In this document: positions 28,430-43,417 of the stretch, in pieces
Position numbering within the stretch: the stretch's first letter is position 1
Layout: each line of letters starts with the position of its first letter
NCBI GenBank assembly: GCA_963845085.1
Contig: CAWJQI010000001.1
Coordinates: 393,845 to 457,844, forward strand
Direction: 5' to 3'
Origin: Candidatus Fermentibacterota bacterium
GTDB lineage: Bacteria; Fermentibacterota; Fermentibacteria; Fermentibacterales; JCC-6
DNA: 64,000 bases
Made by a program: the position numbers and the translations under genes
The notes under the pieces: generated by a model
Told to the model about the DNA's origin: nothing
The model's database searches: none
The model's input: the letters and a program-made list of their open reading frames with translations, nothing else

Positions 28430-29651
28430 ATGGCAACAAGACCGACTAAGTCAGATAATACTAATGATTTCATTATTGAAATTGTTAATAAAGATTACAA
28501 TATACATCATGTGCTAAAAGGTTTAGAGCAAATTGATAAGTTTTACAGCAAAGAAGTGCGGTTCTGGAACAGTTTTAGTGTTGGCCCACAGCTTCCTTTA
28601 TCAGCAATTGTAAAAGACGTGAATCACAGACATCAGGAATTCTCACGGTGGTACGCAAACGATGCCTCGTTAGCCGATAAATCACATATTAGTGAGTGGA
28701 ATAGAATTTATAAACCAATGCTTGAATCTCCTAATACGCTTGAAAGGGTTTCATATCCTAGTTCTCAGGGGTATGGCAATAAGACCGAGTTCTTACCTAT
28801 ATTTTTCTCAGATTCACCAGAAGCCATCGCACTGATACAGTATCACGCTGCTGATGGAGATGTTAATAGACTTTATTGGTTCCTAGTTGGTGTAGACCTT
28901 GGACGTATTGATAAGTATACAATGGAGATTGTTGATTATGCACGCAGTTTTGGTTAATTAGGACACCTAGGAACAAGGCGCTCTGTACAAAAGCGAGATC
29001 AGTAGTCTGTCTGAAGCTAGAAATGGCTTGCGTGATGCAATTACGGTCTGCCAAGAAGAAAAGGATGCACTGTTCAATCAGTTAAGCCAAAGAGACTAAT
29101 GAGCTTAAGACAAAACTTCTGAACGAGGACAAACAAAGAAACGATAGTTACAAAGCAATGCTTTTCGCACTCGAAGAGAAGCTGAGTGTGGAAGCTCCTA
29201 TTATGGAATGGCAACAACAAGCAGACTATCACAGAAATGTTGGTAAATCATGGATTGCTATTACTGGTATATCAATAATGGTATTAATTGCTCTTCTCAC
29301 TTGTATCTTGCATAATCTTCCAGCATCGCTGGGAAGGAACATATTCGATGGGGATCCTGCGACAATAAAGTCACTAATCGTTTTAGCGTCAATTGTCTCC
29401 TTTGCAGCATACTTTGTACGCCTTCTCTCGTATTGCTATCAGCTCTTTTCATCTTGAACGAGATGCCGAGGGAGAGAAAGAGGATCACTCATGTATTCCT
29501 TGGTCTTATCAAAGACAGCACAATTAGCAAAGAGGAGAGATCTCTATTCATGCAGGCTGTTTTCAGTAGAGCGGATACCGGGCTGCTAAAGCGTGATTCA
29601 TCACCTGAGATGCCTGGTACTACATCAATCATTGATAGAATTGCGAATTAA
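28430..29651 (+). pseudogene. DUF6161-like membrane protein in three frameshifted pieces, AT-rich
   Basis: ORFs 28430-28957, 29158-29457, 29433-29651: coiled coil, two TM, C-terminus EERSLFMQAVFSRADTGLLKRDSSP. Confidence 0.55.
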
Positions 29652-30067
29652 TTCGTGATGAGTTTTGAGCCATTTCACATGCCTCGTGTTATTGACCTTG
29701 GGAACTCAATTATCATTCGAACTTTGATAGGTTTTGCTCCAGTCTTCAAGAGCAGATGCATTTAGCCTTTCTTGTCATTCCTCTGGGATAAAGAAGAGCA
29801 GAGTTTAAAGCAGCTAAACTGCAAAAGTTGGTTTATACTTTCTAAAATTACAGGCGAAATGTGCCAGTAATCCTGCGCAACTTTTTCAACCGGTTCAACA
29901 GCCCGAGGGTCTTTCCCCCGGAACAAACACAAGCGAATCCGCTTCCCATTGTATCGCAACATCTGCGGCCCTGTGAAAAGTAACCGTACTAGTCAACTTC
30001 CCGAGTTGGTAAAAGTCTCACTCTGGCAAACGCCGCATAAACAAGTCAGCCTACGGGTCCACATTAC

Positions 30068-31303
30068 TCAATAGGGCAGAGAATCGGTGAACTGAGCTGT
30101 TGTGATAACCACGTTATCTGGGATCCCGCACAAACCTACCAATCTCCTGAATAGCTCTTCTCCTCCTTCTTCGATGGGCTCGCCAAGGTTGAATGAGAGG
30201 CATTGCACGGATGTTTCATCGTCCCATTTGTGGTAGTAGGGAGCTTCCATCTGAAAAGGATAGACAAGAACTGCGCTGTTGCATCGAAGCTTTCTTGCGT
30301 AAGCTATAACTTGAAATACATCAGTACTTTGCACTGATTCTTCATCCTTGTACTTCGTGTCTGCGACAAGAATCGTATCGGAGGTGTTGCTGTCTTCAAC
30401 GATCAAATCAGTAATGACCGTGATTGCTCCGGCATCCAGGTGTTTACCAATTCTGAGGGTCAGTCTTCCGTCCTTCTTCATTCTCCTGTTAAGCCATTTT
30501 GCAGCAAACTCCTCGAAAAGCTGGTGCATGTTGATTATGAAAGGAAGCATTCTTCTGTTTCTTTCCCCCTGACAGGGGCCGGTTCTTTCAAGGAAGAATC
30601 GACAGAGGCCGTGCATCGGTTCATAGTCGTCATTCATCCTGTTATAGAGTCTTCCCGCGCAATCCGTGTGGTGATACGGCGCGTGTTCTGCAAACCTCCC
30701 GAGAATCCTGTAGGCCTGCCTTATCTGGGGCAGGTATCTTGTGGTGCAAAGCCCTGATCTGAGAATGGATGACAGGGTCCATAGGATGATCCTGTTCTCA
30801 TCAACATCTGTGGTATGGTCTTCGTAAGTGCATCTGAGGAGTGGATCCCAGGGTTTTCTTGTGGCTTCCGGCACGTCAATCCTGCCCCTTATGAAGGCGA
30901 GGGAGGCAGATTCCGGGAGGTATGTTCTGAACAAACCCTTTCTGCATCTCTTCAGCACCCTGCTCGAAAGTATTGCAGCGAGCCTTGAGTAGAAGTCGGC
31001 GAGGGAGGATGATTCGGACAGACCGGGAAGGACCTTGAAACTCTCGAGGTCATATGCAATCTCAAGCATTCCAAAAAGATTGCTAATGGAAACCTTTGGC
31101 TGGATCTCAATCACGCCACCCTGAAAGGGCAGATAGCCAACGTATCCCCTGGGCTTCAGTATCCAGGTTTTTCTGCCGAAACATGGCGTGCTGATTTCAA
31201 TGTAGTCACTGTAACGCTCGTGAATCTCGTCGGCAAATGGAGCAAGAAGCTCACCTGGAAGCTCTGTCTGCTTCCACTCCTTGAGAACGAGGTTCAAACC
31301 CAA
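30068..31303 (-). CDS. mcrC: McrC family restriction nuclease subunit
   Basis: GYVG...IEIQPK, DENRII, YEPMHGLCRF, MHQLFEEF, DTKYK, DVFQVIAY, LVYP. Confidence 0.92.
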   Translation of the reverse strand: MGLNLVLKEWKQTELPGELLAPFADEIHERYSDYIEISTPCFGRKTWILKPRGYVGYLPFQGGVIEIQPKVSISNLFGMLEIAYDLESFKVLPGLSESSSLADFYSRLAAILSSRVLKRCRKGLFRTYLPESASLAFIRGRIDVPEATRKPWDPLLRCTYEDHTTDVDENRIILWTLSSILRSGLCTTRYLPQIRQAYRILGRFAEHAPYHHTDCAGRLYNRMNDDYEPMHGLCRFFLERTGPCQGERNRRMLPFIINMHQLFEEFAAKWLNRRMKKDGRLTLRIGKHLDAGAITVITDLIVEDSNTSDTILVADTKYKDEESVQSTDVFQVIAYARKLRCNSAVLVYPFQMEAPYYHKWDDETSVQCLSFNLGEPIEEGGEELFRRLVGLCGIPDNVVITTAQFTDSLPY

Positions 31304-34199
31304 CTATTCCTCACCGAGGATTGCAGTTCTGACGCTATTCCAGAGGAATTCCTTCATTGTGTCCTGCCTGTCGAAGAAAAGCTCTTCTAGGTAAGGTTCG
31401 ATCTCAAGCTGCCAGGTGTTCTCTATCCTGTTTTCGATATCCTCGTGCAGGAAAAAACTCACACCTATAAAGAAGTTGCCATCCTCGATTGCCTTGTTGA
31501 TCCGTTCAAGGACCTTTATCAGCCCATTCGGGTTAAAGGAGCTACCCCTGTGATAATGGTTCAGAACCGAGTAATCGGGCTTCATTTGAATGAACGCGAA
31601 CCGTCTGCGGAGGGCGTGATCAACAAGAGCAATGGAACGATCAGCCGTGTTCATCGTGCCTATCACATGGACATTGCTTGGGATGGAGAAACTGGAACCT
31701 GAGGCAAGCGGTATTGCCTTATCCCTGTACTCCAACAGGTACATAAGCTCCCCGAACACCCTGGACAGGTTCGCTCTGTTAATCTCATCTATGATCATCA
31801 CGCAGGGATCGGTCAGCTTCCCTGCCTCGGTACAGAACTTCTTGAATCTTCCGTCAACTATCCTGTACTCTAGCCCACCCCCGGGAATGGCTTTTGGGCG
31901 AAGCCCTTCCATGAAGTCCTCGTAAGTGTAACTCGGATGGAACTGGATCATCTCTGTAAACCCTTTGCCGCCCCCAGTCAGATGAGCAGCGATCTTCTCG
32001 GCAAGGAAGGTCTTGCCCGTGCCGGGAGGACCGTACAAAACCGCCTGACGCTTGCTTCTAAGGGCAAGAACTGCCTTATTTATCCAGTTAAAATCGTAGC
32101 CGGTCTGTTCCTGGATCTGCTCGATCGTGAGGAACAGGGTTAACTTCCAGGTCTTCCTCGTCCTGGGAATCAAACATTGAGACAAGTACTTCCTCATCCT
32201 CGATAAGCAGTGGGAAGAGAACGAGAAACGCCTCGGAAACCCGAGCCTTCAACTCCTCAAAACTCATCTCAAGAACATCGTCCCTGCTTACGAATACACT
32301 CGCCTGATGCACAGTGGTATCAGGGCTCTCCATCCATCCCGAGAATTGCTGTGAGGAGGCTGGGAGAGGTGTGCCCTGAGATGAAGCATCAGGAGTGTTA
32401 AACATCAGCCCGCTTACGGATTGGAGCATCTGCTTGACCTGCTTCTCAATAGCAGGATTTCTCTTCAGTAGGTCCTTAATGCCGCTGTAGGTTTTTGGGG
32501 AATGCTCTCCTCGGCTCAGACCGTAACGAATACCATGCCTGTCAGCAAGAACGTAGAGCTGTTCCGAGGTAACCCGATTCTCACCTTTTGGGTAGAAAGC
32601 CCCCCAGAAATAGTCCCAGGCGCCTCCCTTGCCCCAATCGTTCTTTGGTATCCTTGAAAAGAGCTTCTTCTCGGTTTCCATTTGCCTTCGAAACTCCGCC
32701 GGCATATCCGAAGCTATCGCCTCGAACAGAAGCTTCATGGGTTCTCGAAGGTAAGTGTTGAATGCTTCGGCGTTCTCAGAATAGAACTTCTTTGTGGGGT
32801 TCTCATGCAGTTGCTGCAGCAGCTGGAATGTCATCTCACTGAATGGGGAGTTTGACGCAGGTCTCGGTTCCTTCTTCACCTCAGGCTGCTTCTCCACTTC
32901 CTGCTCTTGCCCGTTCGCTTTGCATGCAACCCATACAAGGCTCTGAACATCGATCATGTCGGATGGATTCCAATCCTTCAGAATCTCCTTTATGACCCTG
33001 CAAAGCCTAAGGATTTCCGAATAGAGCTCCGCAGAGGGTTTGTTCTTGTAGCGCAGGGGCATCTCAAAGAAGTCAAGCAACCACTTGATCACCCCTGGTT
33101 TGACAAATATATCACTATCAGGATGAGATAAAAATAGATAATAAGTAGCCGTTGGCCATCTAAGAGGCAATCCCGCCTCGCTTATGAAGCTGTAGAACTT
33201 TTCCAGCCGTATAGGAGATTCCTCCTGACCCCAGAGAAGCTCGAAAAAAGCCCTGCACAACCCCTCAAGGTCTGAGAAATCACTGTGAAGAACCGCAAGA
33301 TCCCCGGTGCTTGGAGTTCCGAGATACAGGAGGTTGGTCTTGCTTGCAGAGGACTTGAGCAGACGAATCACTTCCGGGTAGTTGCCCGCTTCCATGAGTC
33401 GGGTGAACTCATTCTTCGAAAGTGCCGTTCGGATGTGTTCAGAAGCTTCCCTCTTGTAGTCGATCTCATCTGCCTTGAAGGCAGGATAACCCACTCCGCT
33501 GAATCCGGGGAACGCGACAAGCACTCTGGCTCTGAGCTCTGATATCTTTCTTTCTGCTCGAAACCGCAGGACCTTTTCAGCACCAGCTTCTCCCGGAATG
33601 CTCGCATAGTGCATGAAAGCATCAAGTTCGCAAACTGCAAGCTCTATTCCGAGGTTGCTGAGGTAAACCATTGCATTGCTCATTGCTTCGTATAACTCCG
33701 GACCGGAAAGCCCAGTAGGTATAAGCCCCAGTGAAAGAAGCGCGTTCTCAGTCTTCCGATTCCAGAGGAAGTACTTCTTCGGGTCATACGCCATGAAGAA
33801 AAGTGACCAGAAAGCTGTCCCCAGACCTGAAATGTAGAACCTGCCATCGCTCTCCAGGACGGCGGAGACTTTCTCCTTGATATCCGCAACAGACCCAAGA
33901 AACCTTATAGCTTCAGCAAGCTTCTCCCGGTTTTCCGGGATCGCCTTCCAGTAGAGCGGTACCTGAACTGCTGCCTTGTAGATCTCAACTGCAATTCCTG
34001 CAGTCTTTACGGAGTCGGGGGATGACTTAAAGAGGTCTTCTCTTATCCGTGATACAATGCCTGAGAACTTCTCTATCCAGCCCGCTTCTCCCCATTTCGG
34101 GAGATCCCTCTTGAAATCCTGCAGAAGCTCAATGAGTTGATCACGGCTTATCCATGGATCATTGCCTGCCTGGGATGACTCATGCTTCAACTTATTCAA
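31304..34199 (-). CDS. mcrB: McrB family AAA+ GTPase with ~690-aa N-terminal region, split by one frameshift near 32135
   Basis: GPPGTGKT, IQFHPSYTYEDF, IIDEINRAN, GTMNTADRS, ALRRRF in 31304-32197; upstream ORF joins at EEDLEVNP/LFLTIEQ. Confidence 0.88.
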
Positions 34200-34450
34200 G
34201 AGAAAGCCTCCAATACTCTTCTGAGAAAGCAATGGTTGTATGAAAAAAGAACGATACCAGATTTGTGGTCTCTGGCAAGCTGATCAGAAAAAGTGCAAGA
34301 CCGTCCATAAAACGGGAGTTGACATCTATTGCTTCGCCCCGGCTTGTTGCTTACCTTTACTGCTTGAATCAGCTGCAAGCCGGGACACCCTCTTCAACGT
34401 AACAGGAATTGAAGGGCAATGCCCGGTGGTTCCATGGAGAGGGTCGGCGC

Positions 34451-36001
34451 ATGGCGAAACAGACCAACGGTGCGAATCTCGGTTTCGAGGGTGAACTCTG
34501 GAAGGCTGCGGATGTTCTCAGGTCCAACATGGACGCCGCGGAGTACAAGCACGTCGTCCTCGGGCTGATCTTCCTCAAGTACATCTCCGACGCCTTCGAG
34601 GAGCAGCACGCCAAGCTCGAAGCCGACAGGGCTCAGGGCGCCGACCCCGAGGACCCGGACGAATACCGGGCCGACAACATCTTCTGGGTGCCCAGGAGGC
34701 CCGCTGGGCCATACCTGAAGGCCAACGCCAAGCAGCCGACCATCGGCAAGATCGTTGACGACGCCATGATGGCCATCGAGCGGGACAACCCCACCCTGAA
34801 GGGCGTCCTGCCGAAGGATTACGCCCGGCCCGCCCTCGACAAGCAGCGTCTGGGGGAGCTCATCGACCTGATCGGCAACATCGGTCTGGGCGACAAGGAG
34901 AACCGCTCCAAGGACATTCTCGGCCGGGTCTACGAGTACTTCCTCTCCCAGTTCGCCAGTGCCGAGGGCAAGAAGGGCGGGCAGTTCTACACGCCTCGGT
35001 GCGTTGTCAGGCTGCTGGTGGAGATGCTCGCGCCCTACAAGGGCCGGGTGTACGACCCCTGCTGCGGCTCCGGCGGCATGTTCGTCCAGCCGAGAAGTTC
35101 GTCGAGGCATCACGGCGGCAAGGCTCGGCAGACATCAGCATCTACGGCCAGGAGTCCAACCACACCACCTGGCGCCTGGCCAAGATGAACCTGGCCATCC
35201 GGGGCATCGACGGCCAATCTGGGCCCAGGAGCGACAGCTTCCACAACGACCTCCACCCTGATCTGAAGGCCGACTACATCCTGGCCAATCCGCCCTTCAA
35301 CGACAGCGACTGGCGGCGGCGAGCATCTGCGCGACGACAAGCGCTGGAAGTACGGCGTGCCGCCCGCCGGCAATGCCAACTACGCCTGGGTGCAGCACTT
35401 CATCCACCACCTGCGCCCGACGGGATCGCCGGATTCGTGCTGGCCAACGGCTCCATGTCCTCCAACCAGTCCGGGGAGGGCGAGATCCGCAAGAAACATC
35501 ATCGAGGCCGACCTGGTGGACTGCATGGTGGCCCTGCCCGGGCCAGCTCTTCTACTCCACCCAGATCCCGGTCTGCCTCTGGTTCCTCGCCGGGACAAGA
35601 GGAACGGCACGTTTCCGCGACCGGCGGGGTGAAACCCTCTTCATCGATGCCCGCAAGCTGGGCACAATGATGGACCGCACCCACCGGGAACTGACCGATG
35701 AGGACATCGCCAGGATCGCCGGCACCTACCACGCCTGGCGGGGAGACAAGGACGCGGAGAGTACGAGGACATGCCGGCTTCTGCAAGAGCGCCAGCTGGA
35801 GGAGATCCGGAAGCACGGCCATGTCCTCACCCCGGGACGCTATGTGGGGGCTGAGGCTCAGGAGGACGACGGGGAACCCTTCGACGAGAAGATGAAGCGG
35901 CTCACCGCCCAGCTCCGGGAGCAGATGGCTGAAGGACGAAGCTGGATGCCGCCATCGAGGAGAACCTGAAGGGGCTGGGGTATGGGAAGCATGAACGTTG
36001 A
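34451..36001 (+). CDS. hsdM: Type I RM methyltransferase HsdM, several frameshifts
   Basis: [43 protein letters not shown] across changing frames. Confidence 0.92.
35960..35986 (+). repeat. 27-bp direct repeat copy 1 (hsdM 3' end)
   Basis: GAGAACCTGAAGGGGCTGGGGTATGGG; 26/27 match to 37719-37745. Confidence 0.9.
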
Positions 36002-36081
36002 TTATGGGGTGCATCACCCTAGTATGATATACGCAGTGTATATCAAGGAGGAAAACCACGGTTGAACATCATCGGAAAACA

Positions 36082-36426
36082 TGGCTTACCGTCGCTGGAC
36101 GATAGATCTCTCAACCTACCGGCTATCGCGCTTTCATTCCAACACCATTGCCCCCCAATCCTCCGGTGGACTTGAGTGGTCGTTTGCGGGAACAGCTTTC
36201 AGCGAATGCTGACACGCACTGGGGCGCCTTGACGGTGCTGTACTAACACTACCAAGCCCAGACATGTTCGTTTTCATGTATGTGCGGAAAGAAGCTGTAC
36301 TATCAAGCCAGATTGAAGGAACGCAAAGTTATTTACAGAACCTTCTAGCTGCAGAAGCAAGGCTCAGCGATCCAGACGAGCCAGCAGATGTTTCCGAAGT
36401 CATCAACTACGTCCGGGCCATGAATG
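36082..36426 (+). pseudogene. Fic family protein, N-terminal fragment
   Basis: GYRAFIPTPLPP...ALGRLDG...MYVRKEAVLSSQIEGTQS...EVINYVRAMN; no HPF catalytic motif follows. Confidence 0.8.
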
Positions 36427-37045
36427 AAGGCCGCTGGATCGACGGGGAATCCCTGCCCGGCATACCGGTCAGACCTGTGGGAGGTTTTCCCGGACAGGAT
36501 GGTAAACTCGAAACTGGGGGAGATTCAGGAGGGATGGGGGGTCAAGAGGTTGAAGATGTCACCAGACGAGTAAGTGTCGGTAGAACGTACAATCAAAGAC
36601 TGGACTGGTCCAGGGGTGATTCCAGTTTAGATCAAGGAAGGAGCGGCATCATTGCTTTCATAATGCCGAACCTGGATCTTCGCAACGGTAGATGAACCTG
36701 TCATCGTTTTCTCAAAGCCCTCAGCTGACTATATGAGACTGGTTTGGCTGCCGTTTTCCGCAATACAGAACGTGATTCCTTTTATCAGCAAAGGCGTTAG
36801 CACCATCTGGGTCTAGCTCATGCATAGTTTGAGACAACAATCCTTTATCTTGACGTGTAAAGGGGCATTGGCCAGACTTTGATAATTCATGCTGTCTAGT
36901 CCCTCAGAAGCAACTGACAGACTTACGGAATCCTTGTATCCGTTGCTATGGTAGCATTTGGTCAATTCAAGATGAGATCGTCAAACCTGAACTCTCTCCG
37001 CGATGACTCTTCTCCCAAAGCTTATCTCAGGAGACGTTAAGGGAC
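36424..37045 (+). pseudogene. hsdS: Silent partial hsdS (central conserved repeat + TRD2 + C-terminal repeat)
   Basis: 36428-36540 is similar to 38357-38467; it ends TLLPKLISG like the full hsdS; the sequence in between differs. Confidence 0.8.
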
Positions 37046-37099
37046 TGATAGGCTTAGAGATGCTGTCCTTTTTCGAAAAGGAGTTGAAGAAAGAAGTGT

Positions 37100-37690
37100 G
37101 TCACGGCAATCACGAACGACTGGCATGCTGGCACTTGCGCCTGAACGGGCTCCTATTGTTAGAAGATTTCGTTGTGCATCCTGATCGAGGTAGCTGCCAG
37201 AGAACTATAGTGGATCTCATGGGGTCCGTGCTTCAAGCTAATGGATCATAGAACTTGAAAGACCTATGAAGATGATCCTACCAGTTAGTCAATGCAACAC
37301 ACTATTTGACGTGATTTTGGTCGAAGTCAAACGCCGCAAAGCAAACTGAATGTTACCCATGGACTCGTCCGGAAGACCAGAACATCAAGCGTGTATTGAC
37401 TGCTGTTGGTTGTATCCCACCCTTCCTCTTGGAAGAAGCAGCCGATGCAATCTATAAAAATGGTATTCTTCGCTAGATGATGGTGTAACGGTTCGGCTAC
37501 TTGCATCGGAGATCGAAAAGGCACTGTTTCTCCAGGTTCGTACCACAAATCATGTTTGTTTGAGATTATCGCGGATGTATACAACCTCTTGAAAGAGACC
37601 AGCAGAGAAATCATCCGTCGGGATTTGGCCTTGGGATGGCCAGGTGTTACGAAGAAGATATGTAGGATTGTCAACTTGGGGAGACCAACG
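37100..37690 (+). pseudogene. Degraded hypothetical protein, possibly PD-(D/E)XK type
   Basis: Fragments ERLACWHLRLNGLLLLEDFVVHPD...DL, DVILVEVK, PWTRPEDQNIKRVLTAVGC. Confidence 0.4.
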
Positions 37691-37718
37691 CAAGTCGTGC
37701 TATTTTTCGCTTACAGGA

Positions 37719-37745
37719 GAGAATCTGAAGGGGCTGGGGTATGGG
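37719..37745 (+). repeat. 27-bp direct repeat copy 2 (contains the hsdS ATG)
   Basis: GAGAATCTGAAGGGGCTGGGGTATGGG. Confidence 0.9.
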
Positions 37746-39072
37746 GGGTGAGTGGGTCGAAGCTAGGCTGGACGAAGCATGTAAGTTGATTACAGACGGT
37801 GCCCACTATTCTCCAAAAGACGATCCATCAGGATTGCCGATGGCCTCTGTTAAGGATCTTACCCGTCATGGAATCAATATCAAGGGATGCAGACGGATTT
37901 CCCGAAAGGACTTCGAAACGCTCGAACGCCAAGGTTGCGTCCCAAATCCGGGTGATGTTCTGATGGCCAAGGAGGAAACTCAGCACTTGATACTGTCTGC
38001 GTTCATCGTTCGACTGAACAGGTTGTGTTGCTGTCATCAATCGCAATTCTACGACCAGGTTCACGAGTGATTTCGGATTACCTTCGGTATTACTTGGATG
38101 CACCACAGATTCGTGCTCTTCTGAAAAACGGATTTCGATCGGGAAGTGCAATACCCAGAGTAGTATTGGTGGATTTTCGACGAGCGCCAATCGTTCTACC
38201 TCCACTCCCCGAACAACGCGCCATCGCCCACATCCTGGGCACCCTGGACGACAAGATCGAGCTGAACCGCCGCATGAACGAAACCCTCGAAGCCATGGCC
38301 GGGCCCTTTTCAAGTCCTGGTTCGTGGACTTCGACCCCGTCCGGGCCAAGATGGAAGGCCGCTGGAGGAAGGGGAATCCCTGCCGGCCTGCCGGCAGACC
38401 TGTGGGAGGTTTTCCCGGACAGGATGGTGGACTCGGAGCTGGGGGAGATCCCGGAGGGGTGGGAGGTGAAACCCATCGGGAACTTAGCAGAGCTTGTCGG
38501 TGGAGCACTCCAAGCACAAAACGGACCGAGTACTGGGATGGTGGTACTCATCATTGGGTCACGCCGAAGGACCTCTCCGGACTTCAATGCCGGTTTTGCT
38601 TAACACTGAGAGTAAGATCACCGACATGGGCTTGTCACAGGTCAGTTCAGGTTTGCTGCCAAGGGGATCAGTTCTTCTTTCATCACGCGCTCCTATTGGC
38701 TACTTAGCCATCACCGAGGTGCCAGTAGCAGTCAATCAGGGCTTCATCGCAATGAAGGCCCGTCAGGGTATATCAAATCTTTTCCTACTACTATGGGCAA
38801 GTGCGGCACATGATGAGATCGCGAGTCAAGCCAACGGCTCGACGTTCGTGGAGATCAGCAAGTCCAGCTTCAGACCCATTCTTACCATCGCGCCACCCGC
38901 CCCAGTCATGCACACCTTCGACCGTGTAACGCGTTCTATGTATCTCAAGATTGTCGATCATGAACGTGAATCCCACACCCTCTCCTCCCTCCGCGACACC
39001 CTGCTACCCAAGCTCATCTCAGGGGAGATCCGGGTGAAGGACGCCGATAAGTTCGTGGAAAGGGCCGTCTGA
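37741..39072 (+). CDS. hsdS: Type I RM specificity subunit HsdS, frameshifted
   Basis: [68 protein letters not shown]. Confidence 0.92.
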
Positions 39073-39074
39073 TC

Positions 39075-40068
39075 ATGGCTGAAGAGAAGAACCCTGTTTT
39101 CCGAATGTCTGGTGCATCAGAGCTGAAGGGTGTGCCTACACCGAGCACTTCATCCGCGGAGGCTTCGCCGGTATTGGCTGGTCCGAAATCACCGAAGACC
39201 TGAGCACCGTCACCTCCCGGGAAGAACTCAATGCCCTGGTGAGGAAGTACAACCCTGACACTCAAAGCCCCATTGTTATCGGCAACTGGGTCGGCCAGAT
39301 CGCCCGATTCCTCCTTGAGATACATGCTGGGGATTACGTCATCACCCCTGCTGTGGACTCCGAGTGGCTGCATTGTGGTGTTGTCGAGCCTGATCCCTCC
39401 TACTTTTACTTCACAGGTGACGACGGGTGCCGCTTCCCCCACAGAAGACGGGTGAAGTGGTCTGAGAAGCGTGTCAAGCGAAGCGACTTCTCCGTTCCCT
39501 TCCAGAACACCATCCGTTCTTTGCTGTCAGTGTTCACCATCTCCCAGAAGGAGGAGTTTCTTCATGTGATAGGCAGGAAGGATCTCGCCCAGGAAAAAAA
39601 GCCGCTTCAGTACGACAGCTATAAAGTTGTCCTTGAACAGATCCTGGAGCTGGATGCCCACGAGTTCGAGATCCTGGTCGGCCATCTCCTGACTGCCCTG
39701 GGGTTCGAGGGTTCCGAGGTAGTCGGGAAGACTGGAGACGGCGGTGTGGATGCAGTCGGCGAGCTGAACGTCTCCAACCTCGCCAAGGTGAAAGTCTTCG
39801 TGCAAGCCAAGCGCTACAGCCTGGGTTCACGGATCAGCGCCAGAACTGTAAGGGAGCTTCGACAGGCCGTACCCTTTGGAGGCCAGGGAGCGTTCATCAC
39901 CACCGCAGACTTCCAGGCGAAGGCAGTAGATATAGCTCTTGAACCAGGCTTCCCCAGGATCGGGCTAATCAACGGCCGACAGTTGGTGGACCTGCTCATC
40001 GAACACTGGTCCGACATCCCACAGGACTTCCAGGAGAGGCTGGGTCTGAAGCCGGGATTGGTAAGGGG

Positions 40069-40072
<4 letters not shown>
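39075..40072 (+). CDS. Mrr-like restriction endonuclease, frameshift near the 5' end
   Basis: EFEILVGHLLTALGF...GKTGDGGVD...VQAKRY...FITTADF...LINGRQLVDL. Confidence 0.88.
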
Positions 40073-43211
<3,139 letters not shown>

Positions 43212-43417
43212 ATACTCCAACTATCCCTCCCCCTACTGTCGCATCAAAACCGGCGTTTGTGTTGCATATAAAACCAGCGATGACACGTTCTTCGACCGCA
43301 AAGACGGAGAATAGCCCAGCCGCCAACGTCAGTCAATAAGGACTGATTACCGTTGTTCAAATGTTGATGCAATGTGTGAGATGAGGGTCTGGAGGGGCAG
43401 GTTTACGCAAACCGGCG

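Noticed and set aside
27960..28430. T-box leader for ileS or replication origin in the AT-rich gap
   Set aside because: No T-box consensus or DnaA-box cluster recognisable by eye.
32088..32197. Programmed frameshift in mcrB
   Set aside because: No slippery heptamer, and neighbouring genes show many similar indels.
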